Positions 19,558 to 30,022 of a stretch of 64,000 nucleotides of DNA are shown here, piece by piece. Both the position numbers and the translations under genes were made by a program. The DNA comes from Flavobacteriaceae bacterium (GTDB lineage: Bacteria > Bacteroidota > Bacteroidia > Flavobacteriales > Flavobacteriaceae). The notes under the pieces were generated by a model. The model had not been told where the DNA came from. It did no database searches and worked only from the letters and a program-made list of their open reading frames with translations. Location of the stretch: assembly GCA_017851655.1 (NCBI GenBank), contig JAFMMH010000002.1, forward strand, positions 813 to 64,812, in the 5' to 3' direction. Every line of letters begins with the position of its first letter. Positions within the stretch are counted from its first letter, which is position 1.

Positions 19558-20034
19558 ATGGACATTAAAGACATACAAAACCTAATCAAATTTGTGGCCA
19601 AATCTGGAGCACAAGAAGTAAAATTAGAGATGGAGGACATTAAAATCACCATCAAAACGGGGTCAGATACCCCGCCGTTAGAGTCAGGATATATTCAGCA
19701 AATTCAAGCAGCTCCCGCAGTTATTCCTGCGGCACCTGCAGTAGCTAATGCTCCAAGTGATGTAGTAATTGAAAAGGCAGAAAATGAGGACCACCTCATC
19801 ACAATAAAGTCGCCGATTATTGGAACTTTTTATAGAAAAAGCTCTCCCGACAAACCCGTTTTTGTAGAAGTAGGGGACACTGTAAAAGAAGGGGATGTTT
19901 TATGTGTTATTGAAGCTATGAAACTTTTTAACGAAATAGAATCTGAACTCAGTGGTACTATCGTCAAAATTCTTGTAGATGATGCCTCGCCTGTAGAATT
20001 TGACCAACCTTTATTTGTGATCAACCCATCCTAA
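19558..20034 (+). CDS. accB: acetyl-CoA carboxylase biotin carboxyl carrier protein
   Basis: Pro/Ala linker and biotinylation motif CVIEAMKLFNEI. Confidence 0.9.
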   Translation: MDIKDIQNLIKFVAKSGAQEVKLEMEDIKITIKTGSDTPPLESGYIQQIQAAPAVIPAAPAVANAPSDVVIEKAENEDHLITIKSPIIGTFYRKSSPDKPVFVEVGDTVKEGDVLCVIEAMKLFNEIESELSGTIVKILVDDASPVEFDQPLFVINPS

Positions 20035-20043
20035 ATTTTAATC

Positions 20044-21384
20044 ATGTTTCAAAAAATTCTGATTGCAAATCGTGGTGAGATTGCAATGCGTATCATACGT
20101 ACTTGTAAAGAAATGGGAATCAAAACTGTTGCTGTTTATTCTAAAGCTGATGCAGACAGTCTTCATGTTCGCTTTGCTGATGAAGCGGTTTGTATTGGTC
20201 CAGCGGCCAGTAGTGAGTCTTATTTAAAAATATCGAACATTATCGCTGCAGCTGAAATCACCAATGCTGATGCTATTCATCCAGGATATGGCTTCTTGTC
20301 TGAAAATGCCAAATTTTCTAAAATCTGTAAAGAACACGATATTAAGTTCATCGGTGCTTCTCCTTCCATGATAGATCAAATGGGAGATAAAGCTTCAGCA
20401 AAAGCCACTATGAAGGCTGCAGGAGTCCCTACCATTCCGGGTTCTGAAGGTCTTTTAGAGTCCTTAGAAGAGGCTCGTACCTTAGCTTTGGAAGTAGGTT
20501 ATCCCGTAATGCTAAAAGCTACCGCTGGTGGTGGCGGAAAAGGGATGCGTGCTGTTTGGAAGGAAGATGAATTAGAAAAAGCATGGGAAAGTGCCCGTCA
20601 AGAAGCCAAAGCCTCTTTTGGAAATGACGGAATGTACATGGAAAAATTAATAGAAGAACCTCGACACATTGAAATTCAAATAGTTGGGGACTCTACTGGA
20701 AAAGCTTGTCATTTATCAGAGCGTGATTGTTCCATTCAGAGAAGACATCAAAAATTGACAGAGGAAACTCCCTCTCCTTTTATGACAGATGCTCTAAGAA
20801 AGAAAATGGGTGAAGCTGCTGTAAAAGCCTCTGAATATATCAAATATGAAGGCGCTGGAACCATTGAGTTTTTAGTCGATAAACATCGTAATTTCTACTT
20901 TATGGAAATGAACACCCGTATCCAAGTAGAACATCCAATTACAGAACAAGTCATTGATTATGATTTAATTTGTGAGCAAATTAAAGTGGCATCGGGAGAG
21001 AAGATTACTGGAAAAAATTACTTCCCTAACCTTCATTCCATTGAATGTAGAATTAATGCAGAAGACCCCTTTAACGATTTCAGACCAAGCCCAGGGGTCA
21101 TCACAACGCTGCACTTTCCAGGAGGGCATGGAGTACGTTTAGACACCCATGTATATAGCGGTTATGTAATACCTCCGCATTATGATTCTATGATCGCAAA
21201 ACTCATTACAACGGCTCAAACACGTGAAGGAGCAATTAGTAAAATGAAAAGGGCTTTGGAAGAATTTGTCATAGAAGGTGTAAAAACAACCATCCCATTT
21301 CATCTTAAACTGATGAATCATCCGGATTATGTGAAAGGAAATTACACGACAAAATTCATGGAAGATTTTTCGATGGAAGATTAA
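20044..21384 (+). CDS. accC: acetyl-CoA carboxylase biotin carboxylase subunit
   Basis: [22 protein letters not shown], and [14 protein letters not shown] blocks. Confidence 0.95.
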   Translation: MFQKILIANRGEIAMRIIRTCKEMGIKTVAVYSKADADSLHVRFADEAVCIGPAASSESYLKISNIIAAAEITNADAIHPGYGFLSENAKFSKICKEHDIKFIGASPSMIDQMGDKASAKATMKAAGVPTIPGSEGLLESLEEARTLALEVGYPVMLKATAGGGGKGMRAVWKEDELEKAWESARQEAKASFGNDGMYMEKLIEEPRHIEIQIVGDSTGKACHLSERDCSIQRRHQKLTEETPSPFMTDALRKKMGEAAVKASEYIKYEGAGTIEFLVDKHRNFYFMEMNTRIQVEHPITEQVIDYDLICEQIKVASGEKITGKNYFPNLHSIECRINAEDPFNDFRPSPGVITTLHFPGGHGVRLDTHVYSGYVIPPHYDSMIAKLITTAQTREGAISKMKRALEEFVIEGVKTTIPFHLKLMNHPDYVKGNYTTKFMEDFSMED

Positions 21385-21871
21385 TTTCTTTTTGAAAATT
21401 TAATTCCCAGTATCCAACGTCTATCCATCGGTTAAATTTAAAACCGACTTGTTCTAATTGACCAACCTTTCTGAACCCTAGTTTTTCATGAAAACGGATA
21501 CTTCCCTCATTGGGAAGAGCTATCCCTGCGAGTAGGCTATAATATTCATTCTCTTTAAGCTGATGAATTAAATAACTGTATAATTGTTTACCTATCTGTT
21601 TTTGCTGATGCTTTGGAGAAATATAGATACTCGTTTCTAGCGTATATCTATAGGCTGATCTGGGTTTCCAAGGTACAGCATAGCAATAGCCAAGTACTAG
21701 ATTATTTTCTTCAAATACCAGCCATGGTAATTTACTGTAAGCGAATATCCGATCCTTAATCGTTTGCTCAACAACTTGGTTTTCTTCAAAAGTGACATGT
21801 GTATTAAGGATGTAATGATTATAAATATCTGCAATCGCAAGTGCGTCTTTTGATTGGGCTGTCCGAATCAT
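21356..21871 (-). CDS. GNAT family N-acetyltransferase (phosphinothricin/MSO acetyltransferase-like)
   Basis: [31 protein letters not shown]-terminus and Q-x-x-G-x-G/A-like QKQIGKQL. 29-nt convergent overlap with accC. Confidence 0.75.
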   Translation of the reverse strand: MIRTAQSKDALAIADIYNHYILNTHVTFEENQVVEQTIKDRIFAYSKLPWLVFEENNLVLGYCYAVPWKPRSAYRYTLETSIYISPKHQQKQIGKQLYSYLIHQLKENEYYSLLAGIALPNEGSIRFHEKLGFRKVGQLEQVGFKFNRWIDVGYWELNFQKEINLPSKNLP

Positions 21872-21882
21872 AGAAACTTAAT

Positions 21883-24021
21883 TTACCCTTTGGGCTTGGT
21901 TGATGTCCTCTGTGGTAATTCATTAAAACCCATATTGAATAAGGTAAATCCAAAAATATCGGCATATTGTTCAATGGTTTTAGAAACAGGAGTTCCTGCT
22001 CCATGACCCGCATTGGTTTCAATCCGAATTAATACGGGATTCCCGCCTTGTTGTTTATCTTGAAGTTCGGCTGCAAACTTAAAAGAATGTGCAGGCACTA
22101 CACGATCATCGTGGTCTCCAGTGGTAATGAGTGTTGCGGGATAATAGGTTCCTTCTCGGACCTTATGAACTGGGGAATAGTTCTTTAAGTAAGCAAACAT
22201 TTCTTTAGAATCTTGCGCAGTCCCATAATCATAAGACCATCCTGCCCCAGCCGTAAACTGGTGGTAACGAAGCATATCCAAAACACCAACAGCCGGCAAG
22301 GCTACTTTCATTAATTCTGGACGTTGGGTCATGGTTGCTCCAACTAAAAGACCTCCATTTGAACCTCCTCGAATGGCCAAAAATTCGGGGCTTGTAATAT
22401 TGTCAGAAATGAGATACTCAGCAGCAGCAATAAAATCATCAAAGACATTTTGCTTTTGCTGCTTAATTCCGGCTTTATGCCATTCTTTGCCGTATTCACC
22501 TCCACCCCTTAAATTAGGGACCGCATATACCCCTCCTAGTTCCATCCAAACCGCATTGGTAATGCTAAAAGAAGGACGTAAACTGATATTAAAACCACCG
22601 TATCCATACAATATCGTTGGGTTTTTGCCATTGTACTCAATTCCTTTTTTATGGGTTATAATCATGGGAATTTGCGTCCCATCAGCAGAAGAATAAAAAA
22701 CTTGTGTTGAAATATAATCATCTGGATTAAAATCAATGCTAGGGGTCCAGTATTTGTTAGATATTTGCGTTTTGGGTTCATAGGAATAAATGACCCCAGG
22801 AGAATGATAATTGGAAAAACTGTAGTATAAAACAGTATCTTTTTTCTTACCACTAAATCCACCTGCCGTTCCAATTCCTGGGAGTTCTACTTCACCCAAA
22901 TTATTTCCCTTATTGTCATATTGATAAACTTTAGTAATCGCATCCACCATATATTTTGCAAAAAAGAAACCACCTCCACTACTTGGAGCTAAGACATGCT
23001 CGGTCTCAGGAATAAAATCCTTCCAATACTTTTCTTGAGAACGTTGGGCAGAAACTTTTACCACTTTTTGATTAGGAGCGTTTTTATTTGTCACGATATA
23101 AAACTGATCTCCATCAGAATCCAAAAGATAACTGTCTGAACCATAATCCTCGTCCATCGGAATTAAGGGACTGTTTGGCGTATTTAAATCCTTAAGAAAG
23201 GAGATGTTTCCTGAGGTAGTTTTGGAAGCTGAAATAATTAGATAATGGTTGTTTTCTGTAACAGAAGCACCAACATATCGGTGTTTCTGTTCAGCTGTTC
23301 CTCCAAATACAAGCAGGTCCTCCGATTGAGAGGTCCCCAGTTCATGATAATATAATTTGTGCTGATCAGTCTTTTCGGAAAGCTCACTCCCATCAGGTTT
23401 ATCATAACTGGAATAGAAAAATCCTTCATCCAGTTTCCATTCAATTCCACTAAATTTGACATCAACAATAGTGTCTTCTAAAATTGTTTTTTGATCAGCA
23501 TCAATAACAATGATTTTTCGCCAGTCACTTCCCCCTTCACTAATAGAGTACGCTGCCAATTTTCCTGATTTGGAAAAACTTAAATTCGCCAAGGAGGTAG
23601 TGCCGTCTTTTGCAAAAGAATTGGGATCTAGAAATACTTCAACATCTTCCCCCTCTTTTTGACGATAAACAACATATTGGTTTTGAAGACCATTATTTTT
23701 ATAGAAATAGGTAAACTCTCCTTCTTTAAATGGAGCAGAAAGTTTCTCGTAATTCCAGAGTTTCTTCAATCTATTTTTAAGTTGCTCTCGAAAAGGAATT
23801 TGTTCCAAAACAGAAAAAGTGACCTCGTTTTGTCTGGATACCCAATTTTCTGTTTCGGGGCTGTTGTCATCTTCTAGCCAACGATAATTATCTACCACCT
23901 CTTCGTCAAAATAAATGTCGGTTACTGGAATTTTTGCTGTTTCTGGATAAGAAAATTTGTCTGATGGTTGGGCGCAGGAAAATAAAATCAAAATAAAAGG
24001 AAGGTATCTGTACTTTTTCAT
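21883..24021 (-). CDS. prolyl oligopeptidase (S9A) family serine peptidase, lipoprotein
   Basis: Catalytic GGSNGGLL, DDRV and GHG blocks. ATG 24021 (MKKYRYLPFILILFSCAQ, lipobox) preferred, because the 24078 start would lie inside the upstream terminator hairpin. Confidence 0.9.
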   Translation of the reverse strand: MKKYRYLPFILILFSCAQPSDKFSYPETAKIPVTDIYFDEEVVDNYRWLEDDNSPETENWVSRQNEVTFSVLEQIPFREQLKNRLKKLWNYEKLSAPFKEGEFTYFYKNNGLQNQYVVYRQKEGEDVEVFLDPNSFAKDGTTSLANLSFSKSGKLAAYSISEGGSDWRKIIVIDADQKTILEDTIVDVKFSGIEWKLDEGFFYSSYDKPDGSELSEKTDQHKLYYHELGTSQSEDLLVFGGTAEQKHRYVGASVTENNHYLIISASKTTSGNISFLKDLNTPNSPLIPMDEDYGSDSYLLDSDGDQFYIVTNKNAPNQKVVKVSAQRSQEKYWKDFIPETEHVLAPSSGGGFFFAKYMVDAITKVYQYDNKGNNLGEVELPGIGTAGGFSGKKKDTVLYYSFSNYHSPGVIYSYEPKTQISNKYWTPSIDFNPDDYISTQVFYSSADGTQIPMIITHKKGIEYNGKNPTILYGYGGFNISLRPSFSITNAVWMELGGVYAVPNLRGGGEYGKEWHKAGIKQQKQNVFDDFIAAAEYLISDNITSPEFLAIRGGSNGGLLVGATMTQRPELMKVALPAVGVLDMLRYHQFTAGAGWSYDYGTAQDSKEMFAYLKNYSPVHKVREGTYYPATLITTGDHDDRVVPAHSFKFAAELQDKQQGGNPVLIRIETNAGHGAGTPVSKTIEQYADIFGFTLFNMGFNELPQRTSTKPKG

Positions 24022-24062
24022 GAGAGAAAAATGTTTTTTTAAAATTACATAACTTTCAAAAA

Positions 24063-24101
24063 ATAACCCCTTTTTCAATATAATATTGAAAAAGGGGTTA
24101 T
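24063..24101 (-). terminator. intrinsic terminator after the carbonic anhydrase gene (39-nt perfect palindrome)
   Basis: ATAACCCCTTTTT-CAATATAATATTG-AAAAAGGGGTTAT. On the minus strand it is followed by TTTTT. Confidence 0.7.
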
Positions 24102-24122
24102 AAAAAATTAACGATTTTGATA

Positions 24123-24749
24123 CTAGTAAATATGTACTTTACCAGTTTTAATATCGTACATCCCTCCAAGAATTTTAATCTCACCCGAAGCTTCCATTTC
24201 TTTAAGAACCTCACTCTGTAAACGAATATTTTCAATAGTCATTTTTACATTTTGTGCTGCTACTTCGTTTACAAAATCACTATTTGAAGAATTTCTCAAA
24301 CTCTCATCTGCAGGCTCTTTTACTGCATCAACTGCAGGTTCAATTTTATTAATTAAAGCTGTTAAGTTTCCGAGTCTTGCATGATCACAAGCTCCCTTTA
24401 CAGCCCCACAAGCTGTATGACCTAATACAAGGACCAACTTTGTGCCAGCTAGCTTACATGCGAATTCCATACTTCCTAAAATATCCTCGTTAACAAAATT
24501 CCCAGCGATTCTAACGCTAAAAATATCGCCTATTCCTTGATCAAAAATCAGTTCAGAGGACACTCGAGAATCTATACAACTTAATACCGTTGCAAATGGA
24601 AATTGCCCAGTACTCGTTTCAGATACCTGTTGCATTAAATCACGATTCAGTTGCTTTTTTTGAACAAAACGTTGGTTCCCGTTTGTTAATTCTTGCAACG
24701 CCATGGTAGGCGTCATTTGATCTTGTGTTTCTTTTGTTTGTGCTTTCAT
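24123..24749 (-). CDS. beta-class carbonic anhydrase
   Basis: SCIDSRV and GHTACGAVKGAC zinc-ligand blocks. Confidence 0.9.
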   Translation of the reverse strand: MKAQTKETQDQMTPTMALQELTNGNQRFVQKKQLNRDLMQQVSETSTGQFPFATVLSCIDSRVSSELIFDQGIGDIFSVRIAGNFVNEDILGSMEFACKLAGTKLVLVLGHTACGAVKGACDHARLGNLTALINKIEPAVDAVKEPADESLRNSSNSDFVNEVAAQNVKMTIENIRLQSEVLKEMEASGEIKILGGMYDIKTGKVHIY

Positions 24750-24841
24750 AGTATTAAGTTTTTAGGAGAACCCCACTACAGGTGTTCCCAAGTTTGTTAA
24801 TGTTGTATTAATAAATCTTTTATAATTTTCATTGTCTTGTT

Positions 24842-24982
24842 TCAATGGCAAAGAATCTCTATCTGTACTGGATCATCTTTCGATTTTTCTGCAAGAACTT
24901 CAGCATCTGAAAGCACATTAGAATATGTACTTTCATGACCATAGGGCACTAAAATTCTAAAAGAGAGATGTGATTGACTCAT
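24842..24982 (-). pseudogene. 46-codon ORF resembling the N-terminus of a universal stress protein (possible truncated remnant)
   Basis: MSQSHLSFRILVPYGHESTYSNVLSDAEVLAEKSKDDPVQIEILCH* resembles the USP pattern ILVPvD-S--S--AL--A--LA----a-l-llhV. Only 92 nt remain before the next gene. Confidence 0.25.
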
Positions 24983-24991
24983 GAATTAAAT

Positions 24992-26587
24992 TTAAGATAC
25001 TTTTTTAGATGTGTTAAAAAATGTAATGAAACTGTCAGGGTTTAGAATAACACCCCGATGTGAAATTACTTTAATATCAATATTTTTGTTTTTTGCCTTT
25101 TCAGAAAAATCTTCTAAAATTTCAATTATATCATAATCTAAAAAACGGGTAGTCCGAACGTCTAACTCCAAAAATGTATCTTCAGAAAGAGAATCGAGTT
25201 CTTTTAAAATAGCTCCTTTATTAAAAAAAGTAACTTCCTCTGCTAAGGTCATTTTAATTTTATGTTTTCCATTACTCTTATCTTCGATATGTAAAAAATG
25301 AGAATTTTGGAAACTCTTGATCAAAATGACAACAATTCCTACGCCTAAACCAAGACCGATTCCTACTAAAAGATCTGTAAAGACAATCCCTAAAACAGTA
25401 ACCACAAAAGGAGTAAATTGTTTCCAACCCAAACGATACATTGTAATAAATAGACTCGGTTTTGCAAGTTTAAAACCTACAATAAATAGAATTGCAGCTA
25501 ATACAGAAAGTGGTATCTTATTGAGAAGTACTGGAATTAAAATTACTGAGATCAATAATAAAAATCCATGAATGATTGCAGCCATTTTTGTTTTCCCACC
25601 AGACTGGATATTTGCAGAACTTCTAACAATCACTTGTGTTACGGGTAGTCCACCAATTAGACCCGATAAAAAATTCCCAGCACCTTGAGCCATCAATTCT
25701 CTGTTTGTTGGTGTCACTCTCTTTTCGGGATCCAATTTATCTGTAGCCTCAACACAAAGTAATGTTTCTAGACTAGCTACTAATGCGATAGTAAAAGCAG
25801 TTATCCAAACCTCACTATTCCCGATTACTCCAAAATTAGGGAAACTAAATTGACCCATAAAAGAGGATAAACTATCCGGAATAGGAACAGAGACTAATTG
25901 GATCGGCTGAATACTCCAGGTAGCATTCCCCTCTGTAAAAATTACATATCCTATTCCAACAACAACAGCAACCAACGGTCCCTGGATAAGCTGAAATATT
26001 TTACCCTTTTTACTCAATACATTAGACCATAATATCAAAATAACAAGACCCAAAACCGCAATTACAGTAGCGCCTAAACTGAAGTAACTGAATGTATTAA
26101 TAATTCCTGAAAAAGTATTTTCTCCATTCGATTGAAAAAATGAAAAATCACCCTCTGGACTGTTATACCCAAAAAAATGTGGAATTTGTTTAAGAATTAT
26201 AATAATTCCTATCCCTGTTAACATTCCTTTGATAACAGAGGAAGGAAAATAATATCCAATAACCCCAGCACGTAATACACCCAAAAGAAATTGGATCATT
26301 CCACCCAGGACTACAGCTAATAAGAAGTTTTCAAAACCACCTAATGCTCCAATTGATGTAAGAACAATCGCTGCCAATCCAGCAGCAGGTCCACTAACTC
26401 CCAATTGAGAGCCGCTTAAACTCCCCACTACTATTCCCCCAACTATCCCAGCAATTAATCCTGAAAACAAAGGAGCTCCACTTGCTAAAGCAATCCCTAG
26501 ACACAAGGGGAGGGCTACAAAAAAGACAACGACACTTGCAGGTAAATCGTTTTTAAGATTGGAAATATATTTTGAATTTTTCATCAC
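24992..26587 (-). CDS. SulP family anion (sulfate/bicarbonate) transporter with C-terminal STAS domain
   Basis: 531 aa with ~11 hydrophobic segments. SulP-like GAGNFLSGLIGGLPVTQVIVRSSAN block. Soluble C-terminal ~120 aa. Confidence 0.9.
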   Translation of the reverse strand: MMKNSKYISNLKNDLPASVVVFFVALPLCLGIALASGAPLFSGLIAGIVGGIVVGSLSGSQLGVSGPAAGLAAIVLTSIGALGGFENFLLAVVLGGMIQFLLGVLRAGVIGYYFPSSVIKGMLTGIGIIIILKQIPHFFGYNSPEGDFSFFQSNGENTFSGIINTFSYFSLGATVIAVLGLVILILWSNVLSKKGKIFQLIQGPLVAVVVGIGYVIFTEGNATWSIQPIQLVSVPIPDSLSSFMGQFSFPNFGVIGNSEVWITAFTIALVASLETLLCVEATDKLDPEKRVTPTNRELMAQGAGNFLSGLIGGLPVTQVIVRSSANIQSGGKTKMAAIIHGFLLLISVILIPVLLNKIPLSVLAAILFIVGFKLAKPSLFITMYRLGWKQFTPFVVTVLGIVFTDLLVGIGLGLGVGIVVILIKSFQNSHFLHIEDKSNGKHKIKMTLAEEVTFFNKGAILKELDSLSEDTFLELDVRTTRFLDYDIIEILEDFSEKAKNKNIDIKVISHRGVILNPDSFITFFNTSKKVS

Positions 26588-26689
26588 TATAAATTGATTT
26601 TTTTGACTGAAAATAACTTTTCAATACAATTAAAATTTTAAAAAAAATGATTTTAAGCCTTTTCGGCTTTAATGTTGGCTTTAAAAAAT

Positions 26690-27016
26690 CTAAAAGCGTT
26701 CGGGAGGGGGTAGGTAAATCTCAAAGGAGATCGGGTTTGATGAAATAAAAAGTTTACCCTTGTTTTGTTTAATTTTGGAAAGAAGTGAAAGGTAACTAAT
26801 CCTAAGTTCAGGATTTAATTTTTTTTCTTCTTGATCCTTTTTCTCCTGTTTATCCTCATCTGTATCCTCTTGCCAATCAAAACTTAAAATTTCAAAAGAG
26901 TCCTCTGTAAGTTTTGACAATGAATCTAGAGTAGTAGAAAGCGTTAAGCTTCCTAACAAACAGAATACAATTAAGGATTTTACATCCCATTCAAAAAATT
27001 GAATTCTTTTTTTCAT
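26690..27016 (-). CDS. hypothetical secreted/anchored acidic protein
   Basis: 108 aa with an N-terminal hydrophobic segment and an Asp/Glu/Lys-rich centre. ATGA overlap with the TetR gene stop. Confidence 0.45.
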   Translation of the reverse strand: MKKRIQFFEWDVKSLIVFCLLGSLTLSTTLDSLSKLTEDSFEILSFDWQEDTDEDKQEKKDQEEKKLNPELRISYLSLLSKIKQNKGKLFISSNPISFEIYLPPPERF

Positions 27017-27681
27017 CTGAGAACACTTTTTGTCAGTTTTAAAAAAAACTCTACAATGCTATTTTTACCTTCTTCAACATCTGTGAGTGATGGAAGGTGT
27101 TTAGAAAAATATTTTTGATGATGTGCTCCTTCGATAATGGTGGAAATCAGCATGTGTGGATACTCAAATTTTGGGTTTACTTCCAAAACAAAATCACAAA
27201 CTCTTTGCACAACTCGTTTGTAGGTCTTGTAGTACCCTTTTTCATTTTCTTTATCTACATCAATGGTGTGATAGGCTTTAGATGATTCTGAAATAATTAT
27301 TTTATTTAAAAGTACTTCATTGATAAAGGTTATCTCATTGTCCTCCTTGATTTCCTCCGTTAAGATTTGAATGGACTTTTCAAGCCGCTCCTCTGCTGAA
27401 TGAATATTTATAGTTGCAAATACTAATTTGCACTCAATCCAACTCCAATACCAATTGACCAAATAAACTAAGAAAGAATGTTTACTCTCAAAATAACGAT
27501 AAATAGAGCTTTCATTTGAATTAATTTGAACACCTAGTTTTTTGAATGTAAATGCTTCATAACCCAATTCATGGATCATCTCTATTCCCACTTGCATGAT
27601 TTTTTTGCCAAGAGCTGAAGATTCAGGGTCTTTACAATAAAAACTTGGGTCAATCGATATATTTATTTGCAGATCATTCAT
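27013..27681 (-). CDS. TetR/AcrR family transcriptional regulator
   Basis: HTH region FTFKKLGVQINSNESSIYRYFESKH. Confidence 0.8.
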   Translation of the reverse strand: MNDLQINISIDPSFYCKDPESSALGKKIMQVGIEMIHELGYEAFTFKKLGVQINSNESSIYRYFESKHSFLVYLVNWYWSWIECKLVFATINIHSAEERLEKSIQILTEEIKEDNEITFINEVLLNKIIISESSKAYHTIDVDKENEKGYYKTYKRVVQRVCDFVLEVNPKFEYPHMLISTIIEGAHHQKYFSKHLPSLTDVEEGKNSIVEFFLKLTKSVLR

Positions 27682-27830
27682 AAAAAAGCAAATATAATAG
27701 TATTACTATCAATTATGAAAATATAACTGGTTTTTTTCTGTTTATTTGATTTTAATAACAAAGATTGCTTCAGTTCGTTTCTAAAACATGACCAAAGTTT
27801 ATGTTTGGTTTTAAACTGGAAAACAGTATT

Positions 27831-29954
27831 TTATTGCAAATTTGGTTTTTTACCTTCTAAAGAATAAGGTTTTGTTTTGAAATGTTTTTCGATTTTTTCT
27901 AATGCCATTAGTTCTGCCATAAACTGCCAATCAAAGTTTATGCTTTGGTTTGCTGGATGGTTGTGATGATCTTGATCTAAGATATAATCCTGAGGTTTAT
28001 CTAATACTCGTGATTTCCCATAAACTTGCTCTAGCTGCTCCCTTACCTCAGTAAAATTCTGAATAATTTTTTCAATATCACCTATGATTTCGGTTTCCTC
28101 GGAAGTATTTTCAGCTGTATCAAAAGCATACAGTTTATTTAAAAGTCTGAAATTATAATCTACTAAGTTGACAACTTCATTATACACAGCAAGATTAAAA
28201 TCTGATTTAGTTTTCTGGTTTTTAAGGGAAGAAAGTGTCATTTTAACTTTTTCTAATTCGGCAGCTTGAATTTGGAGCTCATCAATACGTTCAGCGTATT
28301 TTTCAGACCATAATCCCTTTTCATTAAAGTCAGGTAGATCAATGATATATTCTTCCACAGGGTTTTCTCTGTGTATCAAAGAATTTCGATGCACTCCTTT
28401 CTCCACTAGAAGATTAGTCCATAGTCCTACAGGATTATCTAAAGCATCAATGAAGGCATATTCATCTGACTGAAATTCTGATCCAAAAGTTCGGTGTCTG
28501 TAAGCTTTTTTGAAATCTGCTTTTGAGCGTTGTAATCCTCCCCAACTATATTCAGCAAAAGCTGAAATCCCTCTTTTGTATAATTCGAAGTGGGGAGAAT
28601 CATCATCCCAGAGGGTGAGTAATAATCCTTTGTAATTTCGATTGATAGATTGTTCGGCAAAGATGCGAATCTGATCGATATTACTCTCTCTTTGTGGCAT
28701 TAATGTCCAACGAGTTTGACCTGCTGTAGCTCCCATTACTTGAAAGCCATTAGACGAAAACCAATCCATAGCTTTCCCATTTCCATAAGATTCCGCCATA
28801 TGGTAGTTCCAGCGCATATAAACACAGTTTTTAGGGAACTGCTCTATAAACTTATTTAATTTAGGTTCATTCAATACCCATATTGAATCAACTGTTTTTG
28901 AATCCATATTTGCATCATATATTGGTGCCATTAAACCTGCTTGTTTAAGTGGCATATCGTCCCAAAAAATTGGTGTTCGATTGTTCTCATCAGCAAAGGT
29001 TGTTACTTTATTGAGCCAGATTAAATTTAACTCTAAAGCACTTTTGCCGCTTCCCCTTCCAGTAGTTTGAACTTCATCTCCACCGACATGAAGATATTTT
29101 CCATGTGGGAATGCTTCCAAAGCATCTAGATACAAATCAAACTGAAGGCTATATGTTTCAGGGTCTAATGGATTGAAAGCCCAATCGCTCTCAGGATCAT
29201 CTCTTAAGTGTTTATTTTTTTCGTGTTTAAGTATGAATGATGCATGACCTAAGCCTTGGACTAAAGGACTTATGGAAATATTTCGAGCTATAGCATACTC
29301 ACTTATAGCTTTCCATTCTTCAATAGAAAGTGCATCTGATGAAGCCACCTCAGGCCTTCTTTTATATTGGAGTTTGTCTTCAATCTCTAGTATCATCCCG
29401 TTGATTTTTAGCTGTGCCAACTCATCGATTAAATCATAGTAATATTCTTTTTTTTCAAGATGATGTTTGATATCAATCTGAATTGGACGAAAAGCAATTT
29501 TAGGAGCATCCTGTAATTGAACTAGTGGTAATGGAAGTCCTTGGTCTAAAGCATCTTCTATAAATTGGTTTAAAGTGATAAATGCATAAAATAGTCCTGC
29601 TTGATCCTGAGCTTGAATAGTAATTTTTTGCTTTCCAATTTCAAGAGAATACGATTCTGCACTCTCATTTGATTGGGGTTCAATACTAAATTGAAGTTGC
29701 GCTTTTTCAGCTTGATCTACAATTTTGAGTTGTTTTGTATGTCCGTATAGGAGGGGAAGGGCATCTCCATTTGGACTGAAAGCCCATTCCAATGAAGCAA
29801 GATCTATATTTGAGTCTCCATTTTTATAATTACTTTCTGCGACTGAAGGAAGTAATAAAAAAGAGGCTTCCAAACTAGTTGGTGGAGTAGAACATCCTGC
29901 AATTAATAAAATAAGGGTTGCTACTGCAATTTTTAACGAACTGAAACGTGACAT
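27831..29954 (-). CDS. glycoside hydrolase family 20-like beta-N-acetylhexosaminidase, lipoprotein
   Basis: Lipobox LIAGCS. Catalytic-region YLHVGGDEV (GH20 H-x-G-G-D-E). 707 aa. Confidence 0.75.
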   Translation of the reverse strand: MSRFSSLKIAVATLILLIAGCSTPPTSLEASFLLLPSVAESNYKNGDSNIDLASLEWAFSPNGDALPLLYGHTKQLKIVDQAEKAQLQFSIEPQSNESAESYSLEIGKQKITIQAQDQAGLFYAFITLNQFIEDALDQGLPLPLVQLQDAPKIAFRPIQIDIKHHLEKKEYYYDLIDELAQLKINGMILEIEDKLQYKRRPEVASSDALSIEEWKAISEYAIARNISISPLVQGLGHASFILKHEKNKHLRDDPESDWAFNPLDPETYSLQFDLYLDALEAFPHGKYLHVGGDEVQTTGRGSGKSALELNLIWLNKVTTFADENNRTPIFWDDMPLKQAGLMAPIYDANMDSKTVDSIWVLNEPKLNKFIEQFPKNCVYMRWNYHMAESYGNGKAMDWFSSNGFQVMGATAGQTRWTLMPQRESNIDQIRIFAEQSINRNYKGLLLTLWDDDSPHFELYKRGISAFAEYSWGGLQRSKADFKKAYRHRTFGSEFQSDEYAFIDALDNPVGLWTNLLVEKGVHRNSLIHRENPVEEYIIDLPDFNEKGLWSEKYAERIDELQIQAAELEKVKMTLSSLKNQKTKSDFNLAVYNEVVNLVDYNFRLLNKLYAFDTAENTSEETEIIGDIEKIIQNFTEVREQLEQVYGKSRVLDKPQDYILDQDHHNHPANQSINFDWQFMAELMALEKIEKHFKTKPYSLEGKKPNLQ

Positions 29955-30022
29955 ATCAAATTTTTTAATTCAATTAAATTACAAAAAACTAATGGATAAT
30001 TACTATTTTGATATCCATATGA

